A stretch of 64,000 bases of DNA from a virus (Duplodnaviria > Caudoviricetes), in IMG/VR virus record IMGVR_UViG_3300009873_000014, positions 5,121 to 69,120 of that record. The stretch is one strand, 5' to 3'. This document shows, piece by piece, positions 37,306 to 46,725 of this stretch (within the stretch, counting starts at the first letter, position 1; each line of letters begins with the position of its first letter). The position numbers and the translations under genes were made by a program. The notes below the pieces were generated by a model, which worked only from the letters and a program-made list of their open reading frames with translations, did no database searches and was not told the DNA's origin.

Positions 37306-37652
37306 CCATCTCGATCGAGGAGGCCAAGGCGGCTGCCGCCACCCTCAAGGCCGCGGCCGACTCGGACACGCTGCCCCGGCAGATCCGGTGGGAGCTGGAC
37401 GGTCGAGCCGACGAGTACCGCAAGGCGGCGGCGATGGCCGAGGACGTGGTGGCCTCCGGTGAGGAGTGCGCCATCGAGATCTGCTCGTCGGTGACCCGCG
37501 GCATGATGGTCGCCCACGACCGGTTCGGCTGGTGCCGGGTGCTCCGCAAGCTGAACGACGGCCTCTCGCTCCACATGGAGTCGCCGGACGGCCCGAACGG
37601 GTGGTACCGGAACTTCCTCGACCCCACCTCTCCCGTCGTGGTGCGGGCCTGA
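37302..37652 (+). CDS. Hypothetical protein
   Basis: Coupled; 116 aa. Confidence 0.6.
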   Translation: MTISIEEAKAAAATLKAAADSDTLPRQIRWELDGRADEYRKAAAMAEDVVASGEECAIEICSSVTRGMMVAHDRFGWCRVLRKLNDGLSLHMESPDGPNGWYRNFLDPTSPVVVRA

Positions 37653-37966
37653 TGGCTGTCCACGAGGTGCCGCTGGTCGCCCGGTTCGACGGTGCCGACT
37701 ACACGGCCGACTTCGTGGCCACCAAGGGCAGCGGCGAGGAGATCCCCGTGCACGGCACGGTCTACCTTCGCCTCACGGGCCGCGGCGACACGGAGATCAA
37801 GGTCCCCGTGGAGCCGGAGTTCCTGGCGCTCCTGCTGGGCCAGGCCCGCGACGAGGACGAGCCGGAGCGGACGGAGGCCATGCTCTCCCGCAGCTCCATG
37901 CTCTCGCCGATCCCGCTGGCCGTGAAGGTCATCATCGACACCGATCCCGCCCACCACCCGCTCTAG
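37652..37966 (+). CDS. Hypothetical protein
   Basis: Coupled; 104 aa. Confidence 0.6.
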   Translation: MAVHEVPLVARFDGADYTADFVATKGSGEEIPVHGTVYLRLTGRGDTEIKVPVEPEFLALLLGQARDEDEPERTEAMLSRSSMLSPIPLAVKVIIDTDPAHHPL

Positions 37967-37975
37967 GAGGAGCTG

Positions 37976-38326
37976 ATGGCAACCGACCCGCCCACCCCCG
38001 ATCCCGCACCCGGCGACCCGCCGGCCGTGGACGTGCCCGAGGGCCTCGTGCTCGAATCGCCGCCCACCGAGGGGTCCAAGCACCCGCTGGTCCGCCAGCA
38101 CGCCCCGTGGCTCCGTGAGCACCCCAAGACCGAGGTGCGCGTCATCGGCCCCGAGACGGCCGGCACGTTCTCCTCGGAGGCGGCGTCCGCCCTCGCCGCG
38201 GCGTTCAACCGCCTCGACGGGTTCCACGCCACGTACAAGACCACCGACGGCGCGAGCCGCGTGTGGGTGACCTACGACCCCGAGCGGCCCCGCGCCAAGC
38301 GCGGCTCCCGCGGCTCCGGGTCCTGA
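37976..38326 (+). CDS. Hypothetical protein
   Basis: GGAGGAG RBS; 116 aa. Confidence 0.6.
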   Translation: MATDPPTPDPAPGDPPAVDVPEGLVLESPPTEGSKHPLVRQHAPWLREHPKTEVRVIGPETAGTFSSEAASALAAAFNRLDGFHATYKTTDGASRVWVTYDPERPRAKRGSRGSGS

Positions 38327-38341
38327 TCGGCTGGGTGGACC

Positions 38342-38584
38342 GTGGCCTTCCCCATCGACCGCTGCCGCTCGTGCAACGCGCCCGTCATCTGGACGGTCAC
38401 CGTGAAGGACAAGCGGATGCCGGTCGATGCGGAGCCGTCTCCTGACGGCAACGTGGAGCTGACCTCCCGCACCGTCGGCCCGCCGCTGGCTACGGTCCAC
38501 CCCCAACCCCCTCTCGATGCCGGCCAGCTCCGGCTCTCCCACTTCGCCACCTGCCCGCACGCCAAGGACTGGAAACGATCGTGA
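38342..38584 (+). CDS. Small Zn-binding protein
   Basis: CRSC.A...W....K.MPVD.EP...GN ... HFATCP. Confidence 0.65.
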   Translation: MAFPIDRCRSCNAPVIWTVTVKDKRMPVDAEPSPDGNVELTSRTVGPPLATVHPQPPLDAGQLRLSHFATCPHAKDWKRS

Positions 38585-39180
38585 AGCGCCTCCTCCCCCT
38601 CTTGCTCATCATCGGCCTCACGGCGTGCTTCCCCGAGTACGCCGGCGCTGGCCAGACGGTGGCCGTGGTCGGCGACTCGATCACCGCCCACTCCGCCAAG
38701 GAGATCGCCACCGCCCTCGCGCCGTACCGCCGGTCCGTGGTCGGCGTTCCTTCGATCGCCATGCCCGAGGCGCTCGGTCGGCTCGTGAAGCCCGCCGTGT
38801 CCACCGACCCTGCCGTGCTCGTGGTCGAGCTGGGCCTGAACGACGCCCTCGACGGGTGGGACTCCTCCGACCTGCCGGCGTTGGAGGCCACGCTCAAGGC
38901 CCTCGACCCGGCCGACTGCGTGGTCTGGATCACCCCGACGGCGCTCTCCCCGAGCTACTACGACCACCTCGGCCCCGGCACCATGCAGGCCCGCGCCAAC
39001 GCGTTCAAGGCGTCGCTCAAGAAGCGCCTCCCGAAGCACCCGAACGTCCACCTCGCCGACCCGTCGGCCGACCAGCTCGCCCACCCCGAGTGGTACGACG
39101 CCGACCGGATGCACCACTCGCCGGCCGGGCGCACCGCCTACGCCGCGTTCGTCGCCGAGGCCGTGGAGATCTGCTCGTGA
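38581..39180 (+). CDS. SGNH/GDSL-family hydrolase with lipoprotein-like signal
   Basis: MKRLLPLLLIIGLTAC signal/lipobox; block I VGDSIT, block III LGLND, block V DRMH. Confidence 0.8.
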   Translation: MKRLLPLLLIIGLTACFPEYAGAGQTVAVVGDSITAHSAKEIATALAPYRRSVVGVPSIAMPEALGRLVKPAVSTDPAVLVVELGLNDALDGWDSSDLPALEATLKALDPADCVVWITPTALSPSYYDHLGPGTMQARANAFKASLKKRLPKHPNVHLADPSADQLAHPEWYDADRMHHSPAGRTAYAAFVAEAVEICS

Positions 39181-39671
39181 TCGCCGACGGGTACGCCGAG
39201 GTGCTCGACACCGGCTACCCCTCCGGGCTGACCGACAAGCTGGACCGCTGGCTGGGCGAGTACCTCGATCTCCACGGCCGGCCCCCGGAGCCGGCCACGC
39301 ACAAGACCCGGCTCGCCTCCGAGCACTGGCGGCGAGATCTCGCCGAGGCGCTCGTGACCTTCTTCGAGTCGCAGCCCGACACGGTGGTGATCTCCTCGTG
39401 GCCCGATGAGTCCGAGAACGTGTGGACCGAGAAGGCCGTGCTCGTGTTCCCCGAGGGTCCGATCGCCGTGGTGGCGCACACGTGGGGAGCCGGCGTGCCG
39501 CCGCACCTCGGCGACGAGATGCGGCCCGTCTACACGGCGTTCCCCGAGGATCTCGTCAACCTCACGGCCAAGGTGCCGGCCGAGAACCCGATCCCCGTGG
39601 TGCTCGTGCTCCCCGAGGACGACGAGCCGGAGCCGGCCCCGCGCCGGCGCTGGCCGTGGAGCCGGCGATGA
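39177..39671 (+). CDS. Hypothetical protein
   Basis: Coupled; 164 aa. Confidence 0.55.
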   Translation: MIADGYAEVLDTGYPSGLTDKLDRWLGEYLDLHGRPPEPATHKTRLASEHWRRDLAEALVTFFESQPDTVVISSWPDESENVWTEKAVLVFPEGPIAVVAHTWGAGVPPHLGDEMRPVYTAFPEDLVNLTAKVPAENPIPVVLVLPEDDEPEPAPRRRWPWSRR

Positions 39672-39817
39672 GCGACACCGACGAGGATCTCTGCCCCTAC
39701 TGCGATCGTGAAGCGGACGAGACGTGCCGCTGCGAGGACGGCCCGGAGAACCCCTGCGGGTTCTGCGGGATGCGAGAGGCCGCTCCGGGCCTCACGGCGT
39801 GCAACTACTGCGCCTGA
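39668..39817 (+). CDS. Small Cys-rich protein
   Basis: CPYC..C.C..CGFC..CNYC in 49 aa. Confidence 0.5.
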   Translation: MSDTDEDLCPYCDREADETCRCEDGPENPCGFCGMREAAPGLTACNYCA

Positions 39818-39838
39818 ACCACGAGAGGAAAGCTGCCC

Positions 39839-40297
39839 ATGACCCACGAGATGGACCCCCAGTCGATCATCGACTTCGGCCGAGACATCGCGGTGAACGT
39901 GGCCGCTGGCCGCACCGTCGTCACCCGGTTCTCGCCCGGCAACGGCACGAGTTACGAGCTGACGTTCGTGCCGATGACGCCGGCCGTGGTCGGGATGCGC
40001 TCGCCCGGCGAGTTCGATCCGATCCAGTCGGTCACGAGCCGGATCTCCGGCACGCCGATCCTCGTCACCAAGACCGAGGGCAGCAACCCGTGGGCGTGGT
40101 GGATCTCCGTGGACATGGGCTACCTGTCGCCCGACTACGTGAAGAAGAACACCGCGCTCGGGTGGGGCGACGTGGCCGTGGTCGGCCTGCTCCTGAACGC
40201 CCTCCGCGGCGTGCAGCGCGCCGAGCTGGACGCGTCGCCGTACATCGCCGAGGATGGCTCGCTCGACACCTCGCTCGGAGGCATGGCGTTCTCCTGA
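39839..40297 (+). CDS. Hypothetical protein
   Basis: GAGAGGA RBS; PGNGTSY motif. Confidence 0.6.
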   Translation: MTHEMDPQSIIDFGRDIAVNVAAGRTVVTRFSPGNGTSYELTFVPMTPAVVGMRSPGEFDPIQSVTSRISGTPILVTKTEGSNPWAWWISVDMGYLSPDYVKKNTALGWGDVAVVGLLLNALRGVQRAELDASPYIAEDGSLDTSLGGMAFS

Positions 40298-40327
40298 TCC
40301 CCGAGGGGGGTTGACCCGGCTGGTACA

Positions 40328-40343
40328 CTATACTCAGGTATAG
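40328..40343 (+). promoter_or_regulatory. Operator/promoter copy (CTATACT-CA-GGTATAG), followed by GACAGGGAG RBS
   Basis: Near-perfect palindrome; TTGACC at 40311. Confidence 0.75.
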
Positions 40344-40363
40344 GTGCCGACAGGGAGAACGAG

Positions 40364-40870
40364 ATGACGACCATGACCGCCCCGTGCGGCTGCACCGTGG
40401 ACATTCGGCCGGGCCGGGAGCACGTGCACCGGCCGGGCTGCACCCGCCAGCCGCCGATCGGGTTCGTGGAGAACGACGGTGGCCGCGCCGACGCCGGGTT
40501 CCGTGGGGACGCCGGCGACTGCGTGACCCGTGCCATCGCCATCGCCGCCGAGCTGCCGTACCGGGACGTGTACGACGCCCTCGCTGCACACGAGGCCAAC
40601 GCTGGCCGGGCGCGCTCGGCTCGCAACGGGATCTCCCGCAAGATCATCCGGGCGTTCATGGAGGAGATGGGCTGGGACTGGACGCCCACCATGCAGATCG
40701 GCTCGGGCTGCCAGGTCCACCTCCGGGCCGACGAGCTGCCGACCGGTCGGCTCGTCGTCTCCGTCTCCAAGCACCTCTGCGCGGTGATCGACGGCGTGGT
40801 GCATGACACCTACGACCCGTCCCGCGCCGGCACCCGCTGCGTCTACGGGTACTGGACGGTCCGCTCGTGA
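40364..40870 (+). CDS. Hypothetical phage protein
   Basis: NDGGR..AGF.G.AGDCVTRAIAIA...PY..VY; H...VIDG..HDT.D...C.YGYW. Confidence 0.7.
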   Translation: MTTMTAPCGCTVDIRPGREHVHRPGCTRQPPIGFVENDGGRADAGFRGDAGDCVTRAIAIAAELPYRDVYDALAAHEANAGRARSARNGISRKIIRAFMEEMGWDWTPTMQIGSGCQVHLRADELPTGRLVVSVSKHLCAVIDGVVHDTYDPSRAGTRCVYGYWTVRS

Positions 40871-41583
40871 CCGACATGGAGCGCCTCGGCTACGTGGCCA
40901 ACTCGTGGGGCATCAAGCAGGCCACCGGGATCTCGCCGGCCACGGTCTGCACCGGGCGCGGCCTCGGCTGGGCGTACAACGGCCAGCAGTGGTGGGGCGA
41001 CGATGCGTGGGAGCAGATGGGGGAGGCCACCGGGATCACCCGGTGGGTCCGCTCCTCGGGCAACCGGTACATCACGGAGTGGTGGCCGATCGCCGTGGTG
41101 GCCAAGGCCGAGGAGCTGGGTCTGCTCCGTGAGGGTGGCAAGAAGATCACGTGGACCGAGGGCCGGCCGTGCGAGCACCACTCGTACGGGGCCGAGGAGA
41201 ACAACGGCAAGTGCTGCCGGGTGGCCACCACCTCGTACACGACGGGCCGCGACGGCGACCGGGTGATCCCCTCGTGTGAGATGCACGCCAAGCGCCACGC
41301 CAAGCGGCTTGCCGACGATGCCGCTCGTGAAGCGAAGTGGGCCGAGCAGAGGGAGCGCCGGGATCGCGCCGAGGACCACAAGCGGCTGGCCGAGGAGCTG
41401 TTGGAGTGGGCCGGCCCGTTGCTCGCCGAGCTGGGCATCCACCCCAAGACGGTTGAGGCCATCATCCACGGCCAGCGCGCCGGCGTCCTCCTGCCGGCCG
41501 AGGCCGTGGCAACCCTCGTGGAGCTGGCCACCGGGGAGCGGTACCCCGGACGGTCCTTGCCCCCTACCGATACCCCGGTATAG
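40867..41583 (+). CDS. Hypothetical protein
   Basis: Coupled; 238 aa. Confidence 0.6.
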   Translation: MTDMERLGYVANSWGIKQATGISPATVCTGRGLGWAYNGQQWWGDDAWEQMGEATGITRWVRSSGNRYITEWWPIAVVAKAEELGLLREGGKKITWTEGRPCEHHSYGAEENNGKCCRVATTSYTTGRDGDRVIPSCEMHAKRHAKRLADDAAREAKWAEQRERRDRAEDHKRLAEELLEWAGPLLAELGIHPKTVEAIIHGQRAGVLLPAEAVATLVELATGERYPGRSLPPTDTPV

Positions 41584-41584
41584 G
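41557..41584 (+). promoter_or_regulatory. Promoter with operator (TTGCCC-N16-TATAGG; CGATACC-CC-GGTATAG at 41568-41583)
   Basis: Direct sequence; precedes helicase. Confidence 0.8.
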
Positions 41585-41592
41585 GTGGTGCC

Positions 41593-43347
41593 GTGAAGAT
41601 CCAGCTCCGCCCCTACCAAGACGAGGCGCTCGGCCGTGTCGCCGAGGTGGAGGCCCGTGGCGTTCGCCGCATCCTCGGCGTCGCCGCCACCGGCCTCGGT
41701 AAGACGGTCATGTTCGTGGCCAAGGCGGCGAACACGCCGGGCCGCACGCTGATCCTCGCCCACCGTGACGAGCTGATCGGGCAGGCCGCGGCCAAGGTCA
41801 TCGAGACGTGGCCCGGCGAGCTGTCGATCTCTCCCTCGGCCTACGAGTCGATCGCCGGCGTCGGCCGCGCCTCGCTGGTGAAGGACTGCTACGTCGCCGC
41901 CACCCGCCCGGATCTCGGCATCGTGAAGGCCAAGGCCAACGACGTGTCGGCCGCTCGGGTGATCGTGGCCAGCGTGCAGACCCTCGCTCGGGAGCAGCGC
42001 CTCGCCGACCTTGTGGCCTCCGGTGCCTTCGCTCTCGTCATCGTGGACGAGGCGCACCACTCCGCCGCCGACTCCTACCGGACGATCACCGCGGCGCTCG
42101 GCTGCGACGACCCGGACGGCCCGGTCAAGCTCGGCGTCACCGCCACGCCCGACCGTGGCGACGGTGAAGGGCTGGACGAGGACTACGACGAGATCGCCTT
42201 CTCCTACGACCTGCTGTGGGGCATCCGCTCCGGCTACCTCTGCGACGTTCGAGGCAAGCAGGTCGGCCTCGCCGGACTGGACGTGAAGGGCCTCAAGATC
42301 CGCCGCGGCGACTACGAGGCCGGTGCTGCCGGCGCTGCGCTCGAAGCTGCCGGCGCTCCGGAGCACATCGTGCAGGCATGGCGGGAGCACGCCGAGGGCC
42401 GGCGCACGCTCGTGTTCACGCCGACCGTGGCGCTCGCCGAGGCCGTGGCGGCTCGCTACCGTGAGGCCGGCATCGCCGCCGAGTGGGTGTCCGGCTCGAC
42501 GCCGCAGGACGAGCGCCGTGCCATCCTCGCCCGGTACTCCTCCGGCGAGACGACGGTGGTGGCCAACTGCGCCGTGCTCACCGAGGGCTACGACGAGCCG
42601 CGCACCGACTGCATCGTGGTCGCCCGCCCCACCAAGAGCCGGGCGCTCTACACGCAGATCGTCGGCCGTGGCACCCGGAAGCACCCGGACAAGGCCGATC
42701 TCCTCGTGCTGGACGTGGTGGGCGCATCCGAGTCGCACTCGCTGATGACCGTCCCCTCCCTGTTCGGCGTGCCCGGCTCGAAGATGGACGAGAAGGGCCT
42801 CACCGCCTCGGAGGCCGTCGCCGAGTGGGAGGAGGAGGAGATCGCCGCCGGCCGGCTCGCCGCTCGGGACGCCGAGATGTTCCGGCAGATGCGCTCCGAG
42901 GGCATCGCATGGGTCAAGGCCCACGACCCGGCCACCGGCCACACGGCCTACCTCCGCCGGCTCGGCACCAAGGGACCCAAGGATCGCCTGCCGACCGTGG
43001 TGCTCGTGGCGATGGACTCCGCCTCGGAGGAGTGGGCCGTGGGCCTCCGGTACGAGGACGGCCGCTCTCGGGTGCTCCACGCTCGGGTGGCCCTAGAGCT
43101 GGCGCAGGGCGTCGGCGAGGATCTCGTCCGGAAGCTGGCCAGCTCGCAGACCATCCAGCGTGCCGACGCCTCGTGGCGGAAGCGCCGCCCGACCGAGGGG
43201 CAGCTCGCCGCGGCGAAGAAGTGGCGGCTCCCCGTGGACCCGGCGTGGACCTCCGGCGAGCTGTCGGAGCGCCTCGACGCCCACATTGAGGTGCGCCTGG
43301 CCAAGCGCCGGCCCCTCCTCGACCTGTCCCCTATGGAGGCATCGTGA
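41593..43347 (+). CDS. SF2 DEAD/DEAH-box (UvsW/XPB-like) helicase
   Basis: LRPYQ, ATGLGKT, LAHRDELI.Q, DEAHH, GVTATP, LTEGYD.P, Y.QIVGRG.R. Confidence 0.93.
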   Translation: MKIQLRPYQDEALGRVAEVEARGVRRILGVAATGLGKTVMFVAKAANTPGRTLILAHRDELIGQAAAKVIETWPGELSISPSAYESIAGVGRASLVKDCYVAATRPDLGIVKAKANDVSAARVIVASVQTLAREQRLADLVASGAFALVIVDEAHHSAADSYRTITAALGCDDPDGPVKLGVTATPDRGDGEGLDEDYDEIAFSYDLLWGIRSGYLCDVRGKQVGLAGLDVKGLKIRRGDYEAGAAGAALEAAGAPEHIVQAWREHAEGRRTLVFTPTVALAEAVAARYREAGIAAEWVSGSTPQDERRAILARYSSGETTVVANCAVLTEGYDEPRTDCIVVARPTKSRALYTQIVGRGTRKHPDKADLLVLDVVGASESHSLMTVPSLFGVPGSKMDEKGLTASEAVAEWEEEEIAAGRLAARDAEMFRQMRSEGIAWVKAHDPATGHTAYLRRLGTKGPKDRLPTVVLVAMDSASEEWAVGLRYEDGRSRVLHARVALELAQGVGEDLVRKLASSQTIQRADASWRKRRPTEGQLAAAKKWRLPVDPAWTSGELSERLDAHIEVRLAKRRPLLDLSPMEAS

Positions 43348-43634
43348 CCGCCTACTCCGACTCCGAGCGTGCCGTCGCCATCGTGACGGCCGCGCTCTCC
43401 GCCATGTCCGACGAGGACGGGCACCTCGTCCGGTCCGCCACGGAGGACCCGACGCAGGAGGCCGCTCTCCTCGTCGCATCCGATCCGCACCCGACCGGCG
43501 TGCTCGCCGTCATCGTCGGGATGACGTGTGGCCTCATCGCCGACGCCGCGCTGCAACGGGAGATGGCCCCGATCGACTACTGGCGGCTCGCCTGCCAGCG
43601 TGAGGCCGAGAGGAGCGTCGCCGATGACCGATGA
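43344..43634 (+). CDS. Hypothetical protein
   Basis: Coupled; 96 aa. Confidence 0.55.
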   Translation: MTAYSDSERAVAIVTAALSAMSDEDGHLVRSATEDPTQEAALLVASDPHPTGVLAVIVGMTCGLIADAALQREMAPIDYWRLACQREAERSVADDR

Positions 43635-44010
43635 CCACGACCACGACGGCCAGCTCGCCCGGTTCGGGATCTGCGGCTACTGCACGGCCCGCGCCGTGGA
43701 GTCTGTGGTGGCCGAGGAGGAGATCGCCGGCACGCCGGAGCCGGACGGCGAGACGTACGACCGGGAGGCCGACCTCGAACGGCTCACCGGCCAGAACAAG
43801 CGGGTGCACGACCTGATGGCCGACGGCCAGTGGCGCACCCTAGCCGAGATCGCCGGCCTCCTCCGTGACCCGGAGGCGTCCATCTCGGCCCGGCTCCGAG
43901 ATCTCCGCAAACCCAAGTTCGGGGGGCACACGGTCAACCGCCGGCACCGTGGCCCCAAGGAGAATGGCCTCTACGAGTACCAGCTCGTGCCGGCCGGAAG
44001 GATGCTCTGA
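43624..44010 (+). CDS. Winged-HTH protein
   Basis: V.DLM.DG.WRTL.EI....PEASISARLRDLRK. Confidence 0.7.
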   Translation: MTDDHDHDGQLARFGICGYCTARAVESVVAEEEIAGTPEPDGETYDREADLERLTGQNKRVHDLMADGQWRTLAEIAGLLRDPEASISARLRDLRKPKFGGHTVNRRHRGPKENGLYEYQLVPAGRML

Positions 44011-44402
44011 TGGCCGACAACGTGACGCTCCAAGCGACCACCAACGAGTGGGATGCACCGGTGATCTTCGCCCGGTACCCCGACGGGTCCACGTACCTCT
44101 CCCGCGGCGACGAGCCACGGCCCGGCTGGAACCACCGGCTCGACTACCCGCACGGCGTGGTGCTCGTGAACGGCCAGCTCTCGCCGTTCGACGTGCGCCG
44201 GCAGCCCGACGACGTGCTCGCCGCGCAGCTCGCGCAGGCCGAGCGCCAGCTCGCCGCGGCGGAGGAGGCAGCGGCTCACCGCTGCACCTGCGGCCACCGC
44301 CGGGACCACCACGCCGACTCCTCGGGCCTCTGCTGGGTCGGCTACGGCCGGCCCGGCGCTCCGTGCGACTGCATGATCTTCGAGCGAGCCTCCGATGGCT
44401 GA
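44010..44402 (+). CDS. Hypothetical protein with C-terminal CxCGH Zn module
   Basis: CTCGHRRDHH...C.....CDC.IF. Confidence 0.6.
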   Translation: MADNVTLQATTNEWDAPVIFARYPDGSTYLSRGDEPRPGWNHRLDYPHGVVLVNGQLSPFDVRRQPDDVLAAQLAQAERQLAAAEEAAAHRCTCGHRRDHHADSSGLCWVGYGRPGAPCDCMIFERASDG

Positions 44403-44562
44403 CGGCAAGGAGATCCCCTGCGGGTCGATGATGAACGCCGGCTCGCCGGGCGCTCCGGACGTGCAGTTCTGCATCCACTCGTGGCCGCACCCCGGCGTGC
44501 CCCACACGACCGCCGACGGCGAGACGTGGGACGAGCAGGACCCTCGGGTGGTCGGCTTCTAG
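44395..44562 (+). CDS. Small hypothetical protein (55 aa, below cutoff)
   Basis: C.S......C.H..PHPG..H. Confidence 0.4.
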   Translation: MADGKEIPCGSMMNAGSPGAPDVQFCIHSWPHPGVPHTTADGETWDEQDPRVVGF

Positions 44563-45062
44563 TGGGCTACCTCCCGTCCGACACCGACCCGCCACCGCCG
44601 GGCCTCATGCGCCGGGCGTTCGCTCTGGCCAACGCCATCGGCCTCGATCGGTCCGAGCGGTTGGAGCTGGCCGAGATGCTCCTCGGCCGAGACGTGACCT
44701 CGTGGAAGCAGCTCGTGCACTACGACGTGGTGCGCCTCGTGGATGCGATGGTCGGCACTGGCCTCATGGCCGCGCTCAAGGAGGTACGGGACCCGTGCCG
44801 CACCTGCGGGCAACGGGAGTCCGCCACCGGCAAGAACGGCCAGTGCACCTCGTGCCGCCGAGCATGGGAGCAGTGGACCCCGCCGCCGGAGGCATCCGAG
44901 GTGGCGCTCGACACCGTGGCCGGCGCGCTCATGCGTGCCGCCGACCGGGCCGGCCTCACCGACCAGCAGGTGGCCGAGCTGGCTATGGCCATCGCCGAGT
45001 CCGACGCCGGAGCGTCCGTGCTCAAGGCGCTACACGATCATGGCTACCACCTCGGCCGCTAG
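44562..45062 (+). CDS. Hypothetical protein with Zn ribbon
   Basis: GTG 44562; CRTC....CTSC. Confidence 0.55.
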   Translation: MGYLPSDTDPPPPGLMRRAFALANAIGLDRSERLELAEMLLGRDVTSWKQLVHYDVVRLVDAMVGTGLMAALKEVRDPCRTCGQRESATGKNGQCTSCRRAWEQWTPPPEASEVALDTVAGALMRAADRAGLTDQQVAELAMAIAESDAGASVLKALHDHGYHLGR

Positions 45063-45477
45063 GCCCACCGGCTCGTTCACCGTCCGCCAGACCAAGGTGC
45101 TCCTCGCCGTGGTGCACCTCCACCGGATGCTCCCGCCCGTCACGACGGCCAAGGTGGACCGGTACCTCGACTCGATCCACCGCCGAGACGTGGAGCGCAC
45201 CGTCGTGCAGCTCGCCGACGCCGGCCTCGTGGAGATCGGACCGGGCCGGCGCAACCGGGTCCTCACGCCGACCGTGCAGCTCGTGCCGCACTGGCCGTTC
45301 GGCGAGTGGGAGCAGGAGACGTGGGTGCCAACCTCCGAGCTGCCGCGCCGCCGGTTCTCCAACCGTCTCCACGGCTCGTGCACGCACCTCCTGACCAGCA
45401 GGTTCGGGAGATTGTGCATCGACTGCGGAGAAGTGGTAGACGCCGTTCGCGATACCGGGGTATCGTCTACCTCGTGA
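45040..45477 (+). CDS. Winged-HTH protein with C-terminal Zn motif
   Basis: DVERTVVQLADAGLVE....R.R.L; C.H......C.DC. Confidence 0.55.
   Translation: MATTSAARPTGSFTVRQTKVLLAVVHLHRMLPPVTTAKVDRYLDSIHRRDVERTVVQLADAGLVEIGPGRRNRVLTPTVQLVPHWPFGEWEQETWVPTSELPRRRFSNRLHGSCTHLLTSRFGRLCIDCGEVVDAVRDTGVSSTS
45450..45465 (+). promoter_or_regulatory. Operator copy, perfect palindrome CGATACC-GG-GGTATCG
   Basis: GTAGAC upstream, TATCGT -10-like; upstream of 45474/MerR genes. Confidence 0.7.
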
Positions 45478-45638
45478 CCATCACCGATGATCCCCATGCC
45501 GCCGCCGAGCGGGCGCTGGCTCTCGCCGAGGCGGATCTCGCCGCGGCCTACGAGCGCGGTGCCGATGCCATCGAGATCGACCAGCTCACGTCGGCCATGA
45601 TCTCGGCCCGGCAGGCGCTCCGGGTGCCGGCCGCATGA
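45474..45638 (+). CDS. Small helical protein
   Basis: Coupled; 54 aa. Confidence 0.5.
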   Translation: MTITDDPHAAAERALALAEADLAAAYERGADAIEIDQLTSAMISARQALRVPAA

Positions 45639-46057
45639 GCGACCAGCTCCTCGCCACCGCGTGGTCCGGCAAGGCCGCGGCGGAGATCGCCGGGATCTCC
45701 TACCGGCAGCTCGACTACTGGGCGCGCACCGATCTCGTGCGCCCCTCGATCGCCGACGCGAACGGCAGTGGCTCTCGCCGGCGCTACTCGTACGACGACC
45801 TCGTGCAGCTCGCCGTCATCCGGGCGCTCCTCGACGCCGGCGTGCAGCTCGGCACCGTGCGAGATCTCCTGCCGGCCGTCGGCGGCGACGAGGTGGGCTA
45901 CCTCGTGGTGGCCGGCGCGACCGTGGCCCGTGCGACCACCCTCGACCAGCTCGGCCCGGTGCTGGCCACGCTCTCGTCGCCGGTGTCCACCCTCGTGTCG
46001 GTCACGGAGATCCGCCTCCACCTCGACCTGGCGCTACTCGACTACGCGCAGGGCTGA
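45635..46057 (+). CDS. MerR-family regulator of the conserved actinobacterial Rv1830-like type
   Basis: GISYRQLDYWARTDLVRPSI..A.GSGSRRRYS..D. Confidence 0.85.
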   Translation: MSDQLLATAWSGKAAAEIAGISYRQLDYWARTDLVRPSIADANGSGSRRRYSYDDLVQLAVIRALLDAGVQLGTVRDLLPAVGGDEVGYLVVAGATVARATTLDQLGPVLATLSSPVSTLVSVTEIRLHLDLALLDYAQG

Positions 46058-46239
46058 CCGCGCGCGAGTAGGCGCGCGCGAGTAGCACGGCCCCGTCGGC
46101 GGGCGCACCGGCGCACGAGCGCGGCGACGCCCCCGACCCGGAGGCCGAGGGCGTCGCTCGGGGGTAGGTGGCCCCCATGCCGGGTAGGTGGCCCGGCGCT
46201 CCGGCGGCGACAGGGAGTAGCCAGCCGGAGATCCTGACG

Positions 46240-46725
46240 CTACCCGCCGGCGAGCACCGGATCGGGGAGCGGGTCATGGCCGGCGAGGCACGGTCCGCAC
46301 CGGACCACCTCGCCGACGAGGTACGTCTCGGACCGTGGCACGCCGCACGTGGCGCACGGGCACGAGATGGTGCGAGATGATGCGTGAACGCCGGCCGTGG
46401 TGAGCGCACCTCCGCACGAGGCACACGTGCGCTCGTCGTAGGGCACCGGTGTCGCCGTAGCCAGCTCCGCTCCGAGCGCCGGAGACGGCGATTCAGCGGG
46501 TGCTCCGGCCGGATTCGCGTGCCGGAGGGTCACGTACCTCCTCCCCTCGTGCTCGTAGGCCACGGCCATCACCTCCTCGGCCGTCGGAGCGCCGCTCCAC
46601 GAGATCTCCGTGCGGGTGTAGGACCCGCTCCGAGCCACGCACCGGACCGTCCAGCTCGTGGCCGGGTAGAGCCGGCGGAGATCGGCCCGGATCGCGTCCG
46701 GTCGGCGGTACCGCTCCATCGTCAT
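46240..46725 (-). CDS. Hypothetical protein (N-terminus resembles polyvalent-associated LPD29-like domain; C-terminal Zn ribbons)
   Basis: IRADLRR.YP...W.VR....SY...ISW.G.PT; CASC..CATC..CGPC. Confidence 0.5.
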   Translation of the reverse strand: MTMERYRRPDAIRADLRRLYPATSWTVRCVARSGSYTRTEISWSGAPTAEEVMAVAYEHEGRRYVTLRHANPAGAPAESPSPALGAELATATPVPYDERTCASCGGALTTAGVHASSRTISCPCATCGVPRSETYLVGEVVRCGPCLAGHDPLPDPVLAGG

